The notes beneath the pieces are model-generated. The model did no database searches and was not told the origin of the DNA. It saw only the letters and a list, made by a program, of their open reading frames with translations. A stretch of 32,422 bases of DNA from assembly GCA_035760345.1 (NCBI GenBank), contig DASTTC010000180.1, forward strand, positions 1 to 32,422. The letters run 5' to 3'. The translations under genes and the position numbers were made by a program. This stretch comes from Burkholderiales bacterium. GTDB taxonomy: Bacteria > Pseudomonadota > Gammaproteobacteria > Burkholderiales > SG8-39. This document shows, piece after piece, positions 1 to 9,390 of this stretch (positions within the stretch are counted from its first letter, which is position 1; every line of letters begins with the position of its first letter).

Positions 1-21
1 CAAACCCAAGGAGAATTTCCG

Positions 22-492
22 ATGAAAGTGACATCGATACCCGAAGGCATGCACAGCGTCACCCCGCACCTCGTCTGCGCCGGCGCCGCCGAGGCGATCG
101 AGTTCTACAAGAAGGCGTTCGGTGCCGTGGAAGGCGGCCGCCTGCCCGGGCCGGACGGCAAGCTGATGCACGCCATGATCCGCATCGGCGACTCCGCCGT
201 CATGCTGGTGGACGAGATGCCGCAGTGGGGCGCGCTCGGGCCGAAGTCGCTCAAGGGCTCGCCGGTCACCATCCACCTTTACGTGGAGGACGTCGACGCG
301 GTGGTGAAGCGGGCGGTGAGCCTGGGCGCCAAGGTCACGATGCCCGTCGACGACATGTTCTGGGGCGATCGCTACGGCAAGCTGGAGGATCCGTTCGGCC
401 ACCACTGGTCGATCGGCACGCACAAGCGCGACGTGACCTCCGAGGAAATGCAGCAGGCGATGCGCGACATGGCCCAGACGATGAAGGCCTGA
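22..492 (+). CDS. VOC (glyoxalase/bleomycin-resistance/PhnB-like) family protein
   Basis: 156-aa ORF with high GC3. AAGGAGAA Shine-Dalgarno lies 6 nt upstream of the ATG. Sequence resembles the PhnB/YjdN-type VOC fold (HLVCAGAAEAIEFYKKAFGA ... FWGDRYGKLEDPFGHHWSI). Confidence 0.8.
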   Translation: MKVTSIPEGMHSVTPHLVCAGAAEAIEFYKKAFGAVEGGRLPGPDGKLMHAMIRIGDSAVMLVDEMPQWGALGPKSLKGSPVTIHLYVEDVDAVVKRAVSLGAKVTMPVDDMFWGDRYGKLEDPFGHHWSIGTHKRDVTSEEMQQAMRDMAQTMKA

Positions 493-497
493 AGCCC

Positions 498-872
498 ATG
501 GACAACAGCGCCCCCGGCTTCAAGAAATACCCCCGCAGCCACATCGTGACGCAGCGCTCGCGCAAGCGCGTGCGCGTGACCGCCAACGGCGAAGTGATCG
601 CCGATTCGCGCGAGGCGGTCGAGCTCAAGGAAGGCAGCTACCCCGCCGCCTACTACCTCCCGCGCAGGGACGTGAAGATGGACCGCCTCACGCGCACGAC
701 GCATTCGACCCATTGCCCGTTCAAGGGCGACGCCTCGTACTTCTCGATCGTGAACGGTCCTGAGAACGCGGTCTGGAGCTACGAGCGGCCTTACGACGAG
801 ATAATGGATATCAAGGATCTGCTCGCCTTCTACCCGAACAAGGTCGACTCGATCTCGCTGTCCGATGACTAA
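498..872 (+). CDS. DUF427 domain-containing protein
   Basis: Internal ATG at 498 of track ORF 225..872; the upstream part overlaps the VOC gene and looks non-coding. The 124-aa product (YYLPRRDV ... THCPFKGDASYF ... ERPY) matches my memory of DUF427. It starts 5 nt after the VOC stop. Confidence 0.7.
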   Translation: MDNSAPGFKKYPRSHIVTQRSRKRVRVTANGEVIADSREAVELKEGSYPAAYYLPRRDVKMDRLTRTTHSTHCPFKGDASYFSIVNGPENAVWSYERPYDEIMDIKDLLAFYPNKVDSISLSDD

Positions 873-2388
873 GGCGACCCGCCGCGAATGGATCGGGCTG
901 GCGGTGATCGCGCTGCCGTGCATGCTCTATTCGATGGACCTGACGGTCCTCAATCTCGCGGTGCCCAAGCTGAGCGCGGCCCTGCAGCCGAGCAGCGCCG
1001 AGCTGCTCTGGATCGTGGACATCTACGGCTTCCTGGTGGCGGGCGCGCTCATCACCATGGGCACGATCGGCGACCGCATCGGCCGGCGCCGGCTGCTGAT
1101 GATCGGCGCGGCGGCGTTCGGCGCGGCCTCGGTGCTCGCCGCGTTCTCGAGCACGCCGGCGATGCTGATCGCCGCGCGCGCACTGCTCGGCGTGGCTGGC
1201 GCGACGCTCGCGCCCTCGACGCTCTCGCTCATCCGCAACATGTTCCTCGATCCGCACGAGCGCACGGTGGCGGTCAGCGTCTGGATCATGAGCTTCTCGG
1301 CCGGCGCGGCCATCGGACCGCTGGTGGGCGGCGCCTTGCTCGAGTACTTCTGGTGGGGCTCGGTGTTCCTCATCAACGTGCCGGTGATGGCGCTGCTCCT
1401 CGCGCTCGGGCCGCTGCTGCTGCCGGAGTCGCGCGATCCGAATGCGGGCCGGCTCGACCTGGCGAGTGCGGCACAGTCCTTGCTCGCGGTACTGGCCGTG
1501 ATCTACGGATTGAAGCGCATCGCCGAGGGCGGCCCGGACTGGGCGTCCGGGGCCGTGATCGCCGCGGGCGTCGCCCTCGGCTATGCGTTCGTGCGCCGCC
1601 AGCGGCGCCTCGCCGATCCGCTGATCGACCTCGCGCTGTTCCGCATTCCCGCGTTCAGCGCGGCGATCGCCACCAACGTGCTGGGCTTTCTCGCCACCTT
1701 CGGCACGTTCCTGTTCATCGCGCAATACCTGCAGTCGGTGATCGGCCTGGCGCCGCTGCAGGCGGGGCTGTGGAGCACGCCCGCCGCCATCGCCTTCATC
1801 TTCGGCTCCCTGGCGACGCCCTGGATCGTGCGCCGCTACGCGCCGGTGACCGTGATCGCGGGCGGCATGCTGGTGTCCGCGGCGGGATTCGTGCTGCTCT
1901 CGCAGGTGGGCAAGGCCGTTTCCCCGCTGTCAGTGCTCGTCGCGGGCTCCGTGATCTTCTCGTTGGGCCTCACGCCGGTGGTCACGCTGACCACGGACCT
2001 GGTGCTCGGCGCCGCGCCGCCGGAGCGGGCGGGCGCGGCCGCCGCGATCTCCGAGACCAGCTCGGAGTTCGGCGGCGCGCTCGGCATCGCGCTGCTGGGC
2101 AGCGTCATCACGGCACTGTACGGCGGTGCCATGGCGGGCGTCGCGATCCAAGGCATCCCGCCGGAGGCGGCGCAGGCTGCGCGGGGCACGATCGGCGGCG
2201 CGGTGGCCGCGGCGGCGCTGTTGCCGGAAGTGATCGGCGCCGAGCTGCTCGCATCGGCGCGCGCCGCGTTCGCGCGCGCCTTCGCGGTGACATCGCTGAT
2301 CGGAGCCGCATTGTCGATCGCCGTGGCCTTACTTGCTGTCCTGCTGTTGCGCGGCGTGCGGCCGGCCACGCACCCCGCCCAGGCCTGA
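865..2388 (+). CDS. MFS transporter, DHA2 (EmrB/QacA-like, 14-TMS) drug:H+ antiporter family
   Basis: 507 aa, hydrophobic throughout. MFS motif A-like GTIGDRIGRRRLL follows TMS2. Start overlaps the DUF427 stop (ATGACTAA). Confidence 0.85.
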   Translation: MTKATRREWIGLAVIALPCMLYSMDLTVLNLAVPKLSAALQPSSAELLWIVDIYGFLVAGALITMGTIGDRIGRRRLLMIGAAAFGAASVLAAFSSTPAMLIAARALLGVAGATLAPSTLSLIRNMFLDPHERTVAVSVWIMSFSAGAAIGPLVGGALLEYFWWGSVFLINVPVMALLLALGPLLLPESRDPNAGRLDLASAAQSLLAVLAVIYGLKRIAEGGPDWASGAVIAAGVALGYAFVRRQRRLADPLIDLALFRIPAFSAAIATNVLGFLATFGTFLFIAQYLQSVIGLAPLQAGLWSTPAAIAFIFGSLATPWIVRRYAPVTVIAGGMLVSAAGFVLLSQVGKAVSPLSVLVAGSVIFSLGLTPVVTLTTDLVLGAAPPERAGAAAAISETSSEFGGALGIALLGSVITALYGGAMAGVAIQGIPPEAAQAARGTIGGAVAAAALLPEVIGAELLASARAAFARAFAVTSLIGAALSIAVALLAVLLLRGVRPATHPAQA

Positions 2389-2435
2389 AGCGCTTAGCGG
2401 AACAGTTGCGACGCCAAGTTGAAACACGATTGAAA

Positions 2436-2463
2436 TTGACGATGTTGCATTGCACAGTAGAAT
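2436..2463 (+). promoter_or_regulatory. sigma70-type promoter for the RND efflux operon (-35 TTGACG, 16-nt spacer, -10 TAGAAT)
   Basis: TTGACG at 2436-2441 and TAGAAT at 2458-2463, in an AT-enriched 98-nt gap. GAGGAA Shine-Dalgarno at 2476-2481 lies 5 nt before the ATG at 2487. Prediction from sequence only. Confidence 0.55.
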
Positions 2464-2486
2464 CGCGCCCTCGCTGAGGAACTCCC

Positions 2487-3656
2487 ATGCTCGCCCGATC
2501 TTTTGTCATCGCATTGCTTTCCCTGTTCGTCGCCGGCTGCGGCCCCTCGAGCGGCAACCAGAGCGGTCATGGCGGCCCCGGCGGCGGCATGCCGCCTGCC
2601 GCGGTGAGCACCATAACGGTGCAACCGAAGGCGGTCCTTGCGCCGTTCGAATACACGGGGCAGACCTCCGGCTCGCGTGAAGTCGAAGTGCGCGCACGCG
2701 TCAGGGGCATCCTGCTGGCGCGCAACTTCACCGAGGGCGGCCCGGTGAAAAAGGGCCAGTCGCTGTACACGGTCGATCGCGCTCCCTTCGAGGCGGCACT
2801 GGCGAAGGCGCAAGCCGATCTCGCCGGCGCGGCGGCACGCCTCGACCAGGCGAAGCGCAATGCCGGCCGGCTGCGTCCGCTGTATGCCGAGAAGGCGGTC
2901 AGCCAGAAGGAGTACGACGACGCCGCCTCCGCCGAGGCCATCGGCGACGCCGACGTCAAGGCGGCGCGCGCGCGCCTGCAGGAGGCGCAGCTGGAACTGG
3001 CCTACACGCGGGTCGAAGCCCCGTCGTCCGGCATCGCCGGACGCTCGCTGCCCTCGGAAGGCACGTTCGTCTCCGGTCCCGAAGTATTGCTCACGACCAT
3101 CACGCAGGTGAATCCGATCTGGGTCGTATTCGGCATCCCGGACGCCGACCGCCTGCGCATGCGCAGCGAAGCCGAGGCCGGGCGCCTGGTGTTGCCCAAG
3201 GAAGACCGCTTCGAGGTGCGCGTGCGCCTCGCCGACGGTCAGGTGTATGCGCGCACCGGATGGCTCACCTTCTCCGACGTGCGCATCTCCGGCCAGACCG
3301 GCACCAGCGACGCGCGCGCCGTGCTGCCCAATCCCGACGGCCGGCTGCGCCCGGGCCAGTTCGTGCGCGTGACCCTGAGCGGCGCCACGCGTCCCGCGGC
3401 GGTGCTGGTGCCGCAGCGCGCGGTGCTCGAGGGGCCGCAGGGCAAGTTCGTGTACGTGGTGGACGACAAGGGCATGGCGCAGCCGCGCCCGGTGGAGCTC
3501 GGCGAATGGGCCGGCAGCGACTGGATCATCACCGGCGGGCTCAAGGCGGGCGAGCGCGTGATCGTCGACGGCGTGATGAAGATCGGCCCCGGCGCCCCGG
3601 TGCAGGCCACCGACCTGAACGGCGCGCCGCCGGCGGCGCAGGGCGCGAAGGGCTAG
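2487..3656 (+). CDS. RND efflux periplasmic adaptor (membrane fusion protein, AcrA/MexA family), lipoprotein
   Basis: 389 aa. Lipobox LFVAGC at the N-terminus. Coiled-coil hairpin region (AQADLAGAAARLDQAKRN ... ARARLQEAQLELAYT) and beta-barrel/MP domains typical of HlyD_D23-type adaptors. Sits immediately upstream of the RND pump. Confidence 0.9.
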   Translation: MLARSFVIALLSLFVAGCGPSSGNQSGHGGPGGGMPPAAVSTITVQPKAVLAPFEYTGQTSGSREVEVRARVRGILLARNFTEGGPVKKGQSLYTVDRAPFEAALAKAQADLAGAAARLDQAKRNAGRLRPLYAEKAVSQKEYDDAASAEAIGDADVKAARARLQEAQLELAYTRVEAPSSGIAGRSLPSEGTFVSGPEVLLTTITQVNPIWVVFGIPDADRLRMRSEAEAGRLVLPKEDRFEVRVRLADGQVYARTGWLTFSDVRISGQTGTSDARAVLPNPDGRLRPGQFVRVTLSGATRPAAVLVPQRAVLEGPQGKFVYVVDDKGMAQPRPVELGEWAGSDWIITGGLKAGERVIVDGVMKIGPGAPVQATDLNGAPPAAQGAKG

Positions 3657-3659
3657 CGC

Positions 3660-6600
3660 ATGTTCTCCCGGTTCTTCATCGACCGCCCGATCTTCGCGGC
3701 GGTGCTCTCGGTGTTCATCGTCATCGCCGGCCTCGCCGCGATGCGCACGCTGCCGATCGCGCAGTACCCGGAGATCGCGCCGCCGGTGGTGTCGGTGCGC
3801 GCCATCTACCCCGGCGCCTCGGCGCGCATCCTCGAGCAAACGGTGGCCGCGCCGCTGGAGAACCAGATCAACGGCGTCGAGGGCATGATCTACATGTCTT
3901 CGTCCTCGACCTCGCAGGGCGTGGTGGAAATCCAGGTCACCTTCGACATCGGCACCGACGTCGACAAGGCGGCGCTCAACGTCAACAACCGTGTCAAGCA
4001 GGCCGAGCCACGCCTGCCGCTGGAGGTGCGCCGGCAGGGCGTGACGGTGGAGAAGGGCTCCTCGGCGTTCCTGCAGGTGCTGGCTTTCTACTCACCCGAC
4101 GGGCGCTTAGACGACCTGTACACCTCGAACTACGTCACGCTGAACGTGCTCGATCTGCTCAAGCGCGTACCCGGCACCACCAATGTGCAGGTCTTCGGCG
4201 CCAAGGACTACGCCATGCGCATCTGGGTACGGCCGGACCGCCTCGCCCAGTTGAAGCTCACGCCGAACGACCTGATTGCGGCGTTGAACGAGCAGAACGC
4301 GCAGTTCGCCGCCGGCAAGGTGGGGCAGTCACCCTCGCCGCAGGCGCAGGAGCTCGTGTACACGATCACCACGCGCGGGCGCCTGGCCGAGCCGCGCGAG
4401 TTCGAGAACATCATCCTGCGCGCCGATGCCGACGGCTCGACGCTGCGCCTGCGCGACGTCGCGCGCGTCGAGCTCGCCTCCAAGGACTACGAATTCAGAG
4501 GTCGCATCAACGGCAAACCGGCGACGCTGGTGGGCATTTTCCTGCAGCCCGGCGCCAATGCGCTCGCCGTGGCCGAGGACGTGAAGCGCACGGTGGCGGG
4601 GCTCGCCGAGCGCTTCCCGCAGGGACTGGTGTACTCCGTGCCGTACGACACGACGCGCTTCGTCGAGGTCTCGATCCGCGAGGTGGTGAAGACGCTGCTC
4701 GAAGCGATGCTGCTGGTGTTCCTCGTGGTGTACCTGTTCCTGCAGAGCTGGCGCGCGACGCTGATCCCGTTCGCCGCGGTGCCGGTGTCGCTGATCGGCA
4801 CCTTCGCCGGACTGTATCTGCTGGGCTACTCGATCAATACCCTGACGCTGTTCGGCATGGTGCTCGCCATCGGCATCGTGGTGGACGACGCCATCGTGGT
4901 GCTGGAGAACGTCGAGCGCATCATGCACGAGGAGCGCCTCGCGCCGCGCGAGGCGGCGATCAAGGCGATGCGCGAAGTCACCAGTCCGATCATCGCCATC
5001 GTGCTGGTGCTGTGCGCGGTGTTCATCCCGATCGCCTTCATCGGCGGCCTGGCGGGCGAGCTGTACCGCCAGTTCGCGGTCACCATCTCCATCGCGGTGG
5101 TGATCTCCGGCATCGTCGCGCTGACGCTCACGCCGGCGCTGTGCGTCACCGTGCTCAAGCCGGGTGGGCGCGCCGAGCGCGGCTTTTTCGCCGGCTTCAA
5201 CCGCGTCTTCGGCAGGGTCACCGATCGCTACGAGAATGGCGTCGCCTGGGTGATCCGCCGGGGGCTCATCGGCTTGCTGCTGTTCGCCGGCATGGTGGCG
5301 CTCGCCGCGGGTCTGTGGCGCGTCACGCCGGGCAGCCTCGTCCCCGACGAGGACCAGGGTTTTTACATCAGCGCGGTAATCCTGCCCGACGGCGCGACGC
5401 TGGATCGCACCGACCAGGTGGTGGGCGAAGTGCTCAAGGCCATCCAGTCCAATCCCAACAACGAGGACGTGGTGGCGTTCACCGGCCTGGACTTCCTCGG
5501 CGGCGGTTTTCGCAACAACGCCGCCACCATTTTCGTCACGCAGAAGCACTGGGACGACAGGCAGGTCACCACGGCCGCGCTGGTCGGTGACCTGTTCGCG
5601 AAGACCGGCCATATCAAGGAGGCGCTGGTGCTCGCCTTCGCTCCGCCGCCGATCTTCGGCCTGGGGACCGCGGGCGGGTTCGAGTTCTACATCCAGAACC
5701 GCGGCGAGGGCGGGCCGGAGCGCACCGGCGAGGTGATGGGCCAATTCATCGGCGCGGCGGCCAAGGAGCCGCAGCTCGCCTTCGCGCAGAGCCTGTGGCG
5801 CCCGGCGGTGCCGCAGCTCTACGTGGACGTGGACCGGGACAAGGCGAAAGCGCTGGGCGTGCCGCTGGGCGAACTGTACGGCGCCCTGGCGGCGACGCTC
5901 GGCACTTACTATGTGAACGACTTCAACCGTTACGGTCGCACCTGGCAGGTGCTGCTGTCGGCCGAGCCTGCCTACCGCAACCGGCCCGATGACATCGGCC
6001 GCGTGTGGGTGCGCGCACTCAACGGCAGCATGGTGCCCTTGGCCGCGTTGGCGAGCGTGCGTTTTTCCAGCGGCCCGGACTCGCTCGATCGCTTCAACAA
6101 CCTGCCGGCGGCGAAGATCTTCGGCCAGGCGGCGCCCGGGGTGTCCTCGGGGCAGGCGATCCAGGTGGTGGAGCAGCTCGCCGCGAAGACCCTGCCGCCG
6201 GACTTCAGCTTCGACTGGGGCGGCGCGTCCTACCAGGAGAAGCGCTCGGCCGGCACTTCCGGCCTGGCGCTGGGCCTCGCCGTGGTGATGGTGTTCCTGA
6301 TCCTCGCCGCGCAGTACGAGCGCTGGTCGCTGCCGCTGTCGGTGCTGCTGGCGATGCCCTTCGGCACCTTCGGCGCGCTCGCCGCGGTGTGGCTGCGCGG
6401 CCTCACCAACGACGTGTACTTCCAGATCGGCCTGGTGACGCTGCTGGGCCTCGCGGCGAAGAACGCGATCCTGATCGTCGAGTACGCCTCGCTCAAGTAC
6501 CACGAGGGCCTGTCGGCCTCGGCCGCCGCGGTGGAAGCGGCGCGCCTGCGCTTCCGGCCCATCCTAATGACCTCGCTCGCCTTCATCTTCGGCGTGCTGC

Positions 6601-6857
6601 CGCTCGCGCTTTCGAGCGGTGCCGGCGCGGGCGCACGCCATTCGGTGGGCACCGGCGTGGTGGGCGGCATGCTCGCGGCGACCTTCCTCGCGATATTCTT
6701 CGTGCCCATGTTCTTCAAGCTGTTCACCGACCGGCACCTCACCGAGCGCCGCTCGACCGAGGAGATCAAGGGCGAGGCGACGCTCGCGCGGGACATTGCG
6801 CACAAGGTCACGCCGGCGCCGCACCACGCGCCCCATCGCGGCAGCGGCGATGCTTAA
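3660..6857 (+). CDS. RND multidrug efflux permease (AcrB/MexB, HAE1 family)
   Basis: 1065 aa. Canonical N-terminus MFSRFFIDRPIFAAVLSVFIVIAG, 12-TMS layout with two large periplasmic loops, conserved VVDDAIVVLEN segment. Confidence 0.95.
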   Translation: MFSRFFIDRPIFAAVLSVFIVIAGLAAMRTLPIAQYPEIAPPVVSVRAIYPGASARILEQTVAAPLENQINGVEGMIYMSSSSTSQGVVEIQVTFDIGTDVDKAALNVNNRVKQAEPRLPLEVRRQGVTVEKGSSAFLQVLAFYSPDGRLDDLYTSNYVTLNVLDLLKRVPGTTNVQVFGAKDYAMRIWVRPDRLAQLKLTPNDLIAALNEQNAQFAAGKVGQSPSPQAQELVYTITTRGRLAEPREFENIILRADADGSTLRLRDVARVELASKDYEFRGRINGKPATLVGIFLQPGANALAVAEDVKRTVAGLAERFPQGLVYSVPYDTTRFVEVSIREVVKTLLEAMLLVFLVVYLFLQSWRATLIPFAAVPVSLIGTFAGLYLLGYSINTLTLFGMVLAIGIVVDDAIVVLENVERIMHEERLAPREAAIKAMREVTSPIIAIVLVLCAVFIPIAFIGGLAGELYRQFAVTISIAVVISGIVALTLTPALCVTVLKPGGRAERGFFAGFNRVFGRVTDRYENGVAWVIRRGLIGLLLFAGMVALAAGLWRVTPGSLVPDEDQGFYISAVILPDGATLDRTDQVVGEVLKAIQSNPNNEDVVAFTGLDFLGGGFRNNAATIFVTQKHWDDRQVTTAALVGDLFAKTGHIKEALVLAFAPPPIFGLGTAGGFEFYIQNRGEGGPERTGEVMGQFIGAAAKEPQLAFAQSLWRPAVPQLYVDVDRDKAKALGVPLGELYGALAATLGTYYVNDFNRYGRTWQVLLSAEPAYRNRPDDIGRVWVRALNGSMVPLAALASVRFSSGPDSLDRFNNLPAAKIFGQAAPGVSSGQAIQVVEQLAAKTLPPDFSFDWGGASYQEKRSAGTSGLALGLAVVMVFLILAAQYERWSLPLSVLLAMPFGTFGALAAVWLRGLTNDVYFQIGLVTLLGLAAKNAILIVEYASLKYHEGLSASAAAVEAARLRFRPILMTSLAFIFGVLPLALSSGAGAGARHSVGTGVVGGMLAATFLAIFFVPMFFKLFTDRHLTERRSTEEIKGEATLARDIAHKVTPAPHHAPHRGSGDA

Positions 6858-8220
6858 GCGCCTGGCGTGGATGCTGCTGCTGACCGGCTGCGCCGCGCAG
6901 CCCGACTACCAGCGCCCGGAACTGGAGCTGCCGCAGGCCTGGAAGGAATCGGCGCCGCGGCCCGCGGATGCGGCGCCCTGGTGGCGGGTCTATGGCGATC
7001 CCGGGCTCGAGCGGCTGGTCGAGCAAGCGCTGGCGGCCAACAGCGACGTGCTGGCGGCCGCGGCGCGCGTGGACGAGGCGCGCGCCATCCTGGGCGAGAC
7101 GCGCGCGGCGCTGCGTCCCGAGGTGGGCGCCAACGCTTCGGCGGGGCGCTCGCGCTCGTCCGCCGCCACCGGCCTGCTGCCGCCGGGCACGCCGCGCGAG
7201 CGCGACCACTACCGCGCGACGCTGGACGTGTCCTACGAGATCGACATCTTCGGGCGGCTGCGCGCGGCGAGCGACGCGGCGCGCGCGGACCTGGCCGCGA
7301 GCGAGGCGGTGCGCGATGCGGTGCGCCTCGCGCTCACCGCGCGCGTCGCCTCGTCGTACTACGGCCTGCTGGCGCTCGACGAGCAGGTGGCGCTGACGCG
7401 GCGCGTGCTCGCCCTGCGCGAGGAGTCCCTCGGCCTGCAGCGCCGCCGGCGCGAGGCGGGCGTGATCTCGGACTACGACCTGCGCCAGCTCGAAGCCGAG
7501 GCCGCCACGCTGCGCGCTCAACTGCCGCCGTTGGAGCGCGACCGCGAGCTCGAGGAAGCGGCGCTGGCCGCGCTGCTCGGCCGCTCGCCGCGAGCGGTGT
7601 TCGAGGAGGCGCTGCCGCGCGCGGCGCCGGCGGCGGGCAGCGCCGTTGCCGTGCCTTCGGGCCTGCCGTCGGAGCTCCTGCTGGGGCGTCCGGACCTGAT
7701 CGAGGCCGAGCAGCGCCTCGTCGCAGCGAACGCGCGCGTCGCCGTGGCGCGCAGCGCGCACTTTCCGTCGATCCGCCTCACCGGGTTCCTGGGCAGCGAG
7801 AGCGCCGCATTGAGCGATCTGTTCACCGGGCCGGCGGGCATCTGGAGCGCGGTGGCCGCGCTCGCCCAGCCGCTCTACGCCGGCGGGCGCCTGCAGGCGC
7901 AGCGCGAGGCGGCTGAGGCGCGCGAGCGCGTGGCGCTGGCGCAGTACCAGGGCGCGGTGCGCAACGCCTTTCGCGAAGTGCGCCAGGCGCTGTCCGCGCA
8001 GGCGCGCGCGCGGGAGAGCTTCGAGGCGCAGGACGCGCGCGTCGTCGCGCTCGAGCAGACGCTGCGCCTCGCGCGCCTGCGCTACGCGAGCGGCGTCGCC
8101 AGCCAGCTCGACGTGCTCGACGCCGAGCGCGGCCTGCTGGCAGCGCAGAGCGCCCGCATCGACGCGCTGCGCGCGCAGCGCGCGGCGGTGGCGGACCTTT
8201 ACAGGGCGCTGGGAGGATAG
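6850..8220 (+). CDS. RND efflux outer-membrane factor lipoprotein (NodT/OprM family)
   Basis: Internal ATG at 6850 of track ORF 6619..8220 gives MLKRLAWMLLLTGC (lipobox LTGC) followed by QPDYQRPE, typical of NodT-family OMFs. Start overlaps the pump stop (ATGCTTAA). Confidence 0.9.
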   Translation: MLKRLAWMLLLTGCAAQPDYQRPELELPQAWKESAPRPADAAPWWRVYGDPGLERLVEQALAANSDVLAAAARVDEARAILGETRAALRPEVGANASAGRSRSSAATGLLPPGTPRERDHYRATLDVSYEIDIFGRLRAASDAARADLAASEAVRDAVRLALTARVASSYYGLLALDEQVALTRRVLALREESLGLQRRRREAGVISDYDLRQLEAEAATLRAQLPPLERDRELEEAALAALLGRSPRAVFEEALPRAAPAAGSAVAVPSGLPSELLLGRPDLIEAEQRLVAANARVAVARSAHFPSIRLTGFLGSESAALSDLFTGPAGIWSAVAALAQPLYAGGRLQAQREAAEARERVALAQYQGAVRNAFREVRQALSAQARARESFEAQDARVVALEQTLRLARLRYASGVASQLDVLDAERGLLAAQSARIDALRAQRAAVADLYRALGG

Positions 8221-8254
8221 GGGAAAATCGCAGTCAAGCAAGGAGGGTAGGGAC

Positions 8255-9385
8255 ATGCCGAACCGCATCCTGCTGTCAGTCGCCACGCGCAAGGGCGCGT
8301 GGTTGTTTCGCGCCGAGGGCGCGCGCCGGACGTGGCGCGTCGACGGGCCGCATTTCCTCGGTCACATCATCAGCCACGTCGTGCTCGATCCGCGCGACCG
8401 CCGCACGCTGCTCGCCGCAGCGAAGACCGGGCACCTCGGCCCGACGATCTTGCGCTCCACCGACCGCGGCCGCACCTGGCAGGAAGCCGCGCGGCCGCCC
8501 GCATTCGCGAAAGCCGTGGCGGGCGAGCCGGGCCGCGCCGTCGACCATACGTTCTGGCTCACGCCGGGGCACGCCTCGCAACCGGGCGTGTGGTTCGCCG
8601 GCACCTCGCCGCAGGGCCTGTTTCGTTCCGAGGACGGCGGTGCGACCTGGGAGTCCTGGTCGCGCATCAACGAGGATCCGCAGTATCGCAAGTGGATGGG
8701 GACCGTCCAGGACGGCACGCCGGACGGGCCGAAGCTGCACTCGATCATGGTCGATCCACGCGACCCGGCGCGCATGCTCATCGGCATGTCGGGGGGCGGC
8801 GTGCACGAGTCGAGCGACGGCGGGCGCACGTTCGCGCCGCTCATCGACGGGCTCGAGGTGGTGGAGGGGTTCGATCGCGCGGACGCCACCTTTCATGACC
8901 CGCATTGCGTGCGCCAGTGCCCGAGCGATCCCGATCGCCTGTACCAGCAGAACCATTGCGGCATCTATCGCCTGGACCGGCCCTCGAGGAAATGGGTGCG
9001 CATCGGCAAATCGATGCCCAAGCGCGTCGGCGACATCGGCTTTCCCATGGTCGTGCACCCGCGCGATGCGCGCACCGCGTGGGTCTTCCCCATGGACGGC
9101 GGCACGGTCTGGCCGCGCACCAGCCCCGAGGGCAAGCCCGCGGTCTACGTTACGCGTAACGGCGGCTCGACCTGGCAACGCCAGGGCGCCGGCCTGCCGC
9201 ACAAGCACGCCTGGTGGACGGTAAAGCGCCAGGCGATGTGCGCGGACGCGCGCGACCCGCTGGGGCTGTACTTCGGCACGACCAGCGGCGAGCTGTGGAT
9301 GAGCGGCGACGAAGGACGCAAGTGGCGCTGCCTCGCCCGCCACCTGCCCGAGATCTACGCGCTCGAGGCGGGAGAGCTCGCCTGA
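8255..9385 (+). CDS. BNR/Asp-box repeat beta-propeller protein (sialidase-superfamily-like), no signal peptide
   Basis: 376 aa. Five Asp-box motifs (STDRGRTW, SEDGGATW, SSDGGRTF, TRNGGSTW, SGDEGRKW). AGGAGGG Shine-Dalgarno 7 nt upstream. No N-terminal hydrophobic segment. Enzymatic function not inferable. Confidence 0.75.
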   Translation: MPNRILLSVATRKGAWLFRAEGARRTWRVDGPHFLGHIISHVVLDPRDRRTLLAAAKTGHLGPTILRSTDRGRTWQEAARPPAFAKAVAGEPGRAVDHTFWLTPGHASQPGVWFAGTSPQGLFRSEDGGATWESWSRINEDPQYRKWMGTVQDGTPDGPKLHSIMVDPRDPARMLIGMSGGGVHESSDGGRTFAPLIDGLEVVEGFDRADATFHDPHCVRQCPSDPDRLYQQNHCGIYRLDRPSRKWVRIGKSMPKRVGDIGFPMVVHPRDARTAWVFPMDGGTVWPRTSPEGKPAVYVTRNGGSTWQRQGAGLPHKHAWWTVKRQAMCADARDPLGLYFGTTSGELWMSGDEGRKWRCLARHLPEIYALEAGELA

Positions 9386-9390
9386 GCGCG

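Noticed and set aside
225-497. N-terminal extension of the DUF427 ORF, and the analogous extensions 9214..9390, 10469..10693, 10320..10466, 24700..25236, 27681..28769, 16757..17788 and 6619..6849.
   Set aside because: These extensions overlap the 3' end of the preceding, clearly real gene and have a non-protein-like composition. Internal starts coincide with conserved family N-termini and, in several cases, with Shine-Dalgarno sequences or stop/start overlaps.
4329-6503. Very long antisense or alternative-frame ORFs. Examples: 2394..3839, 4329..6503, 6808..8292, 11831..14215, 15104..16564, 16329..17756, 19192..20658, 21998..23389, 24038..25252, 26683..28371, 29484..30881, 30887..32182, and plus-strand off-frames such as 3260..5590 and 888..2477.
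   Set aside because: These are typical high-GC shadow ORFs. Their products are Arg/Ala/Gly/His/Pro-rich low-complexity sequence with no recognisable motifs. Each lies entirely opposite or out of frame to a gene with strong family signatures and GC3-saturated codons.
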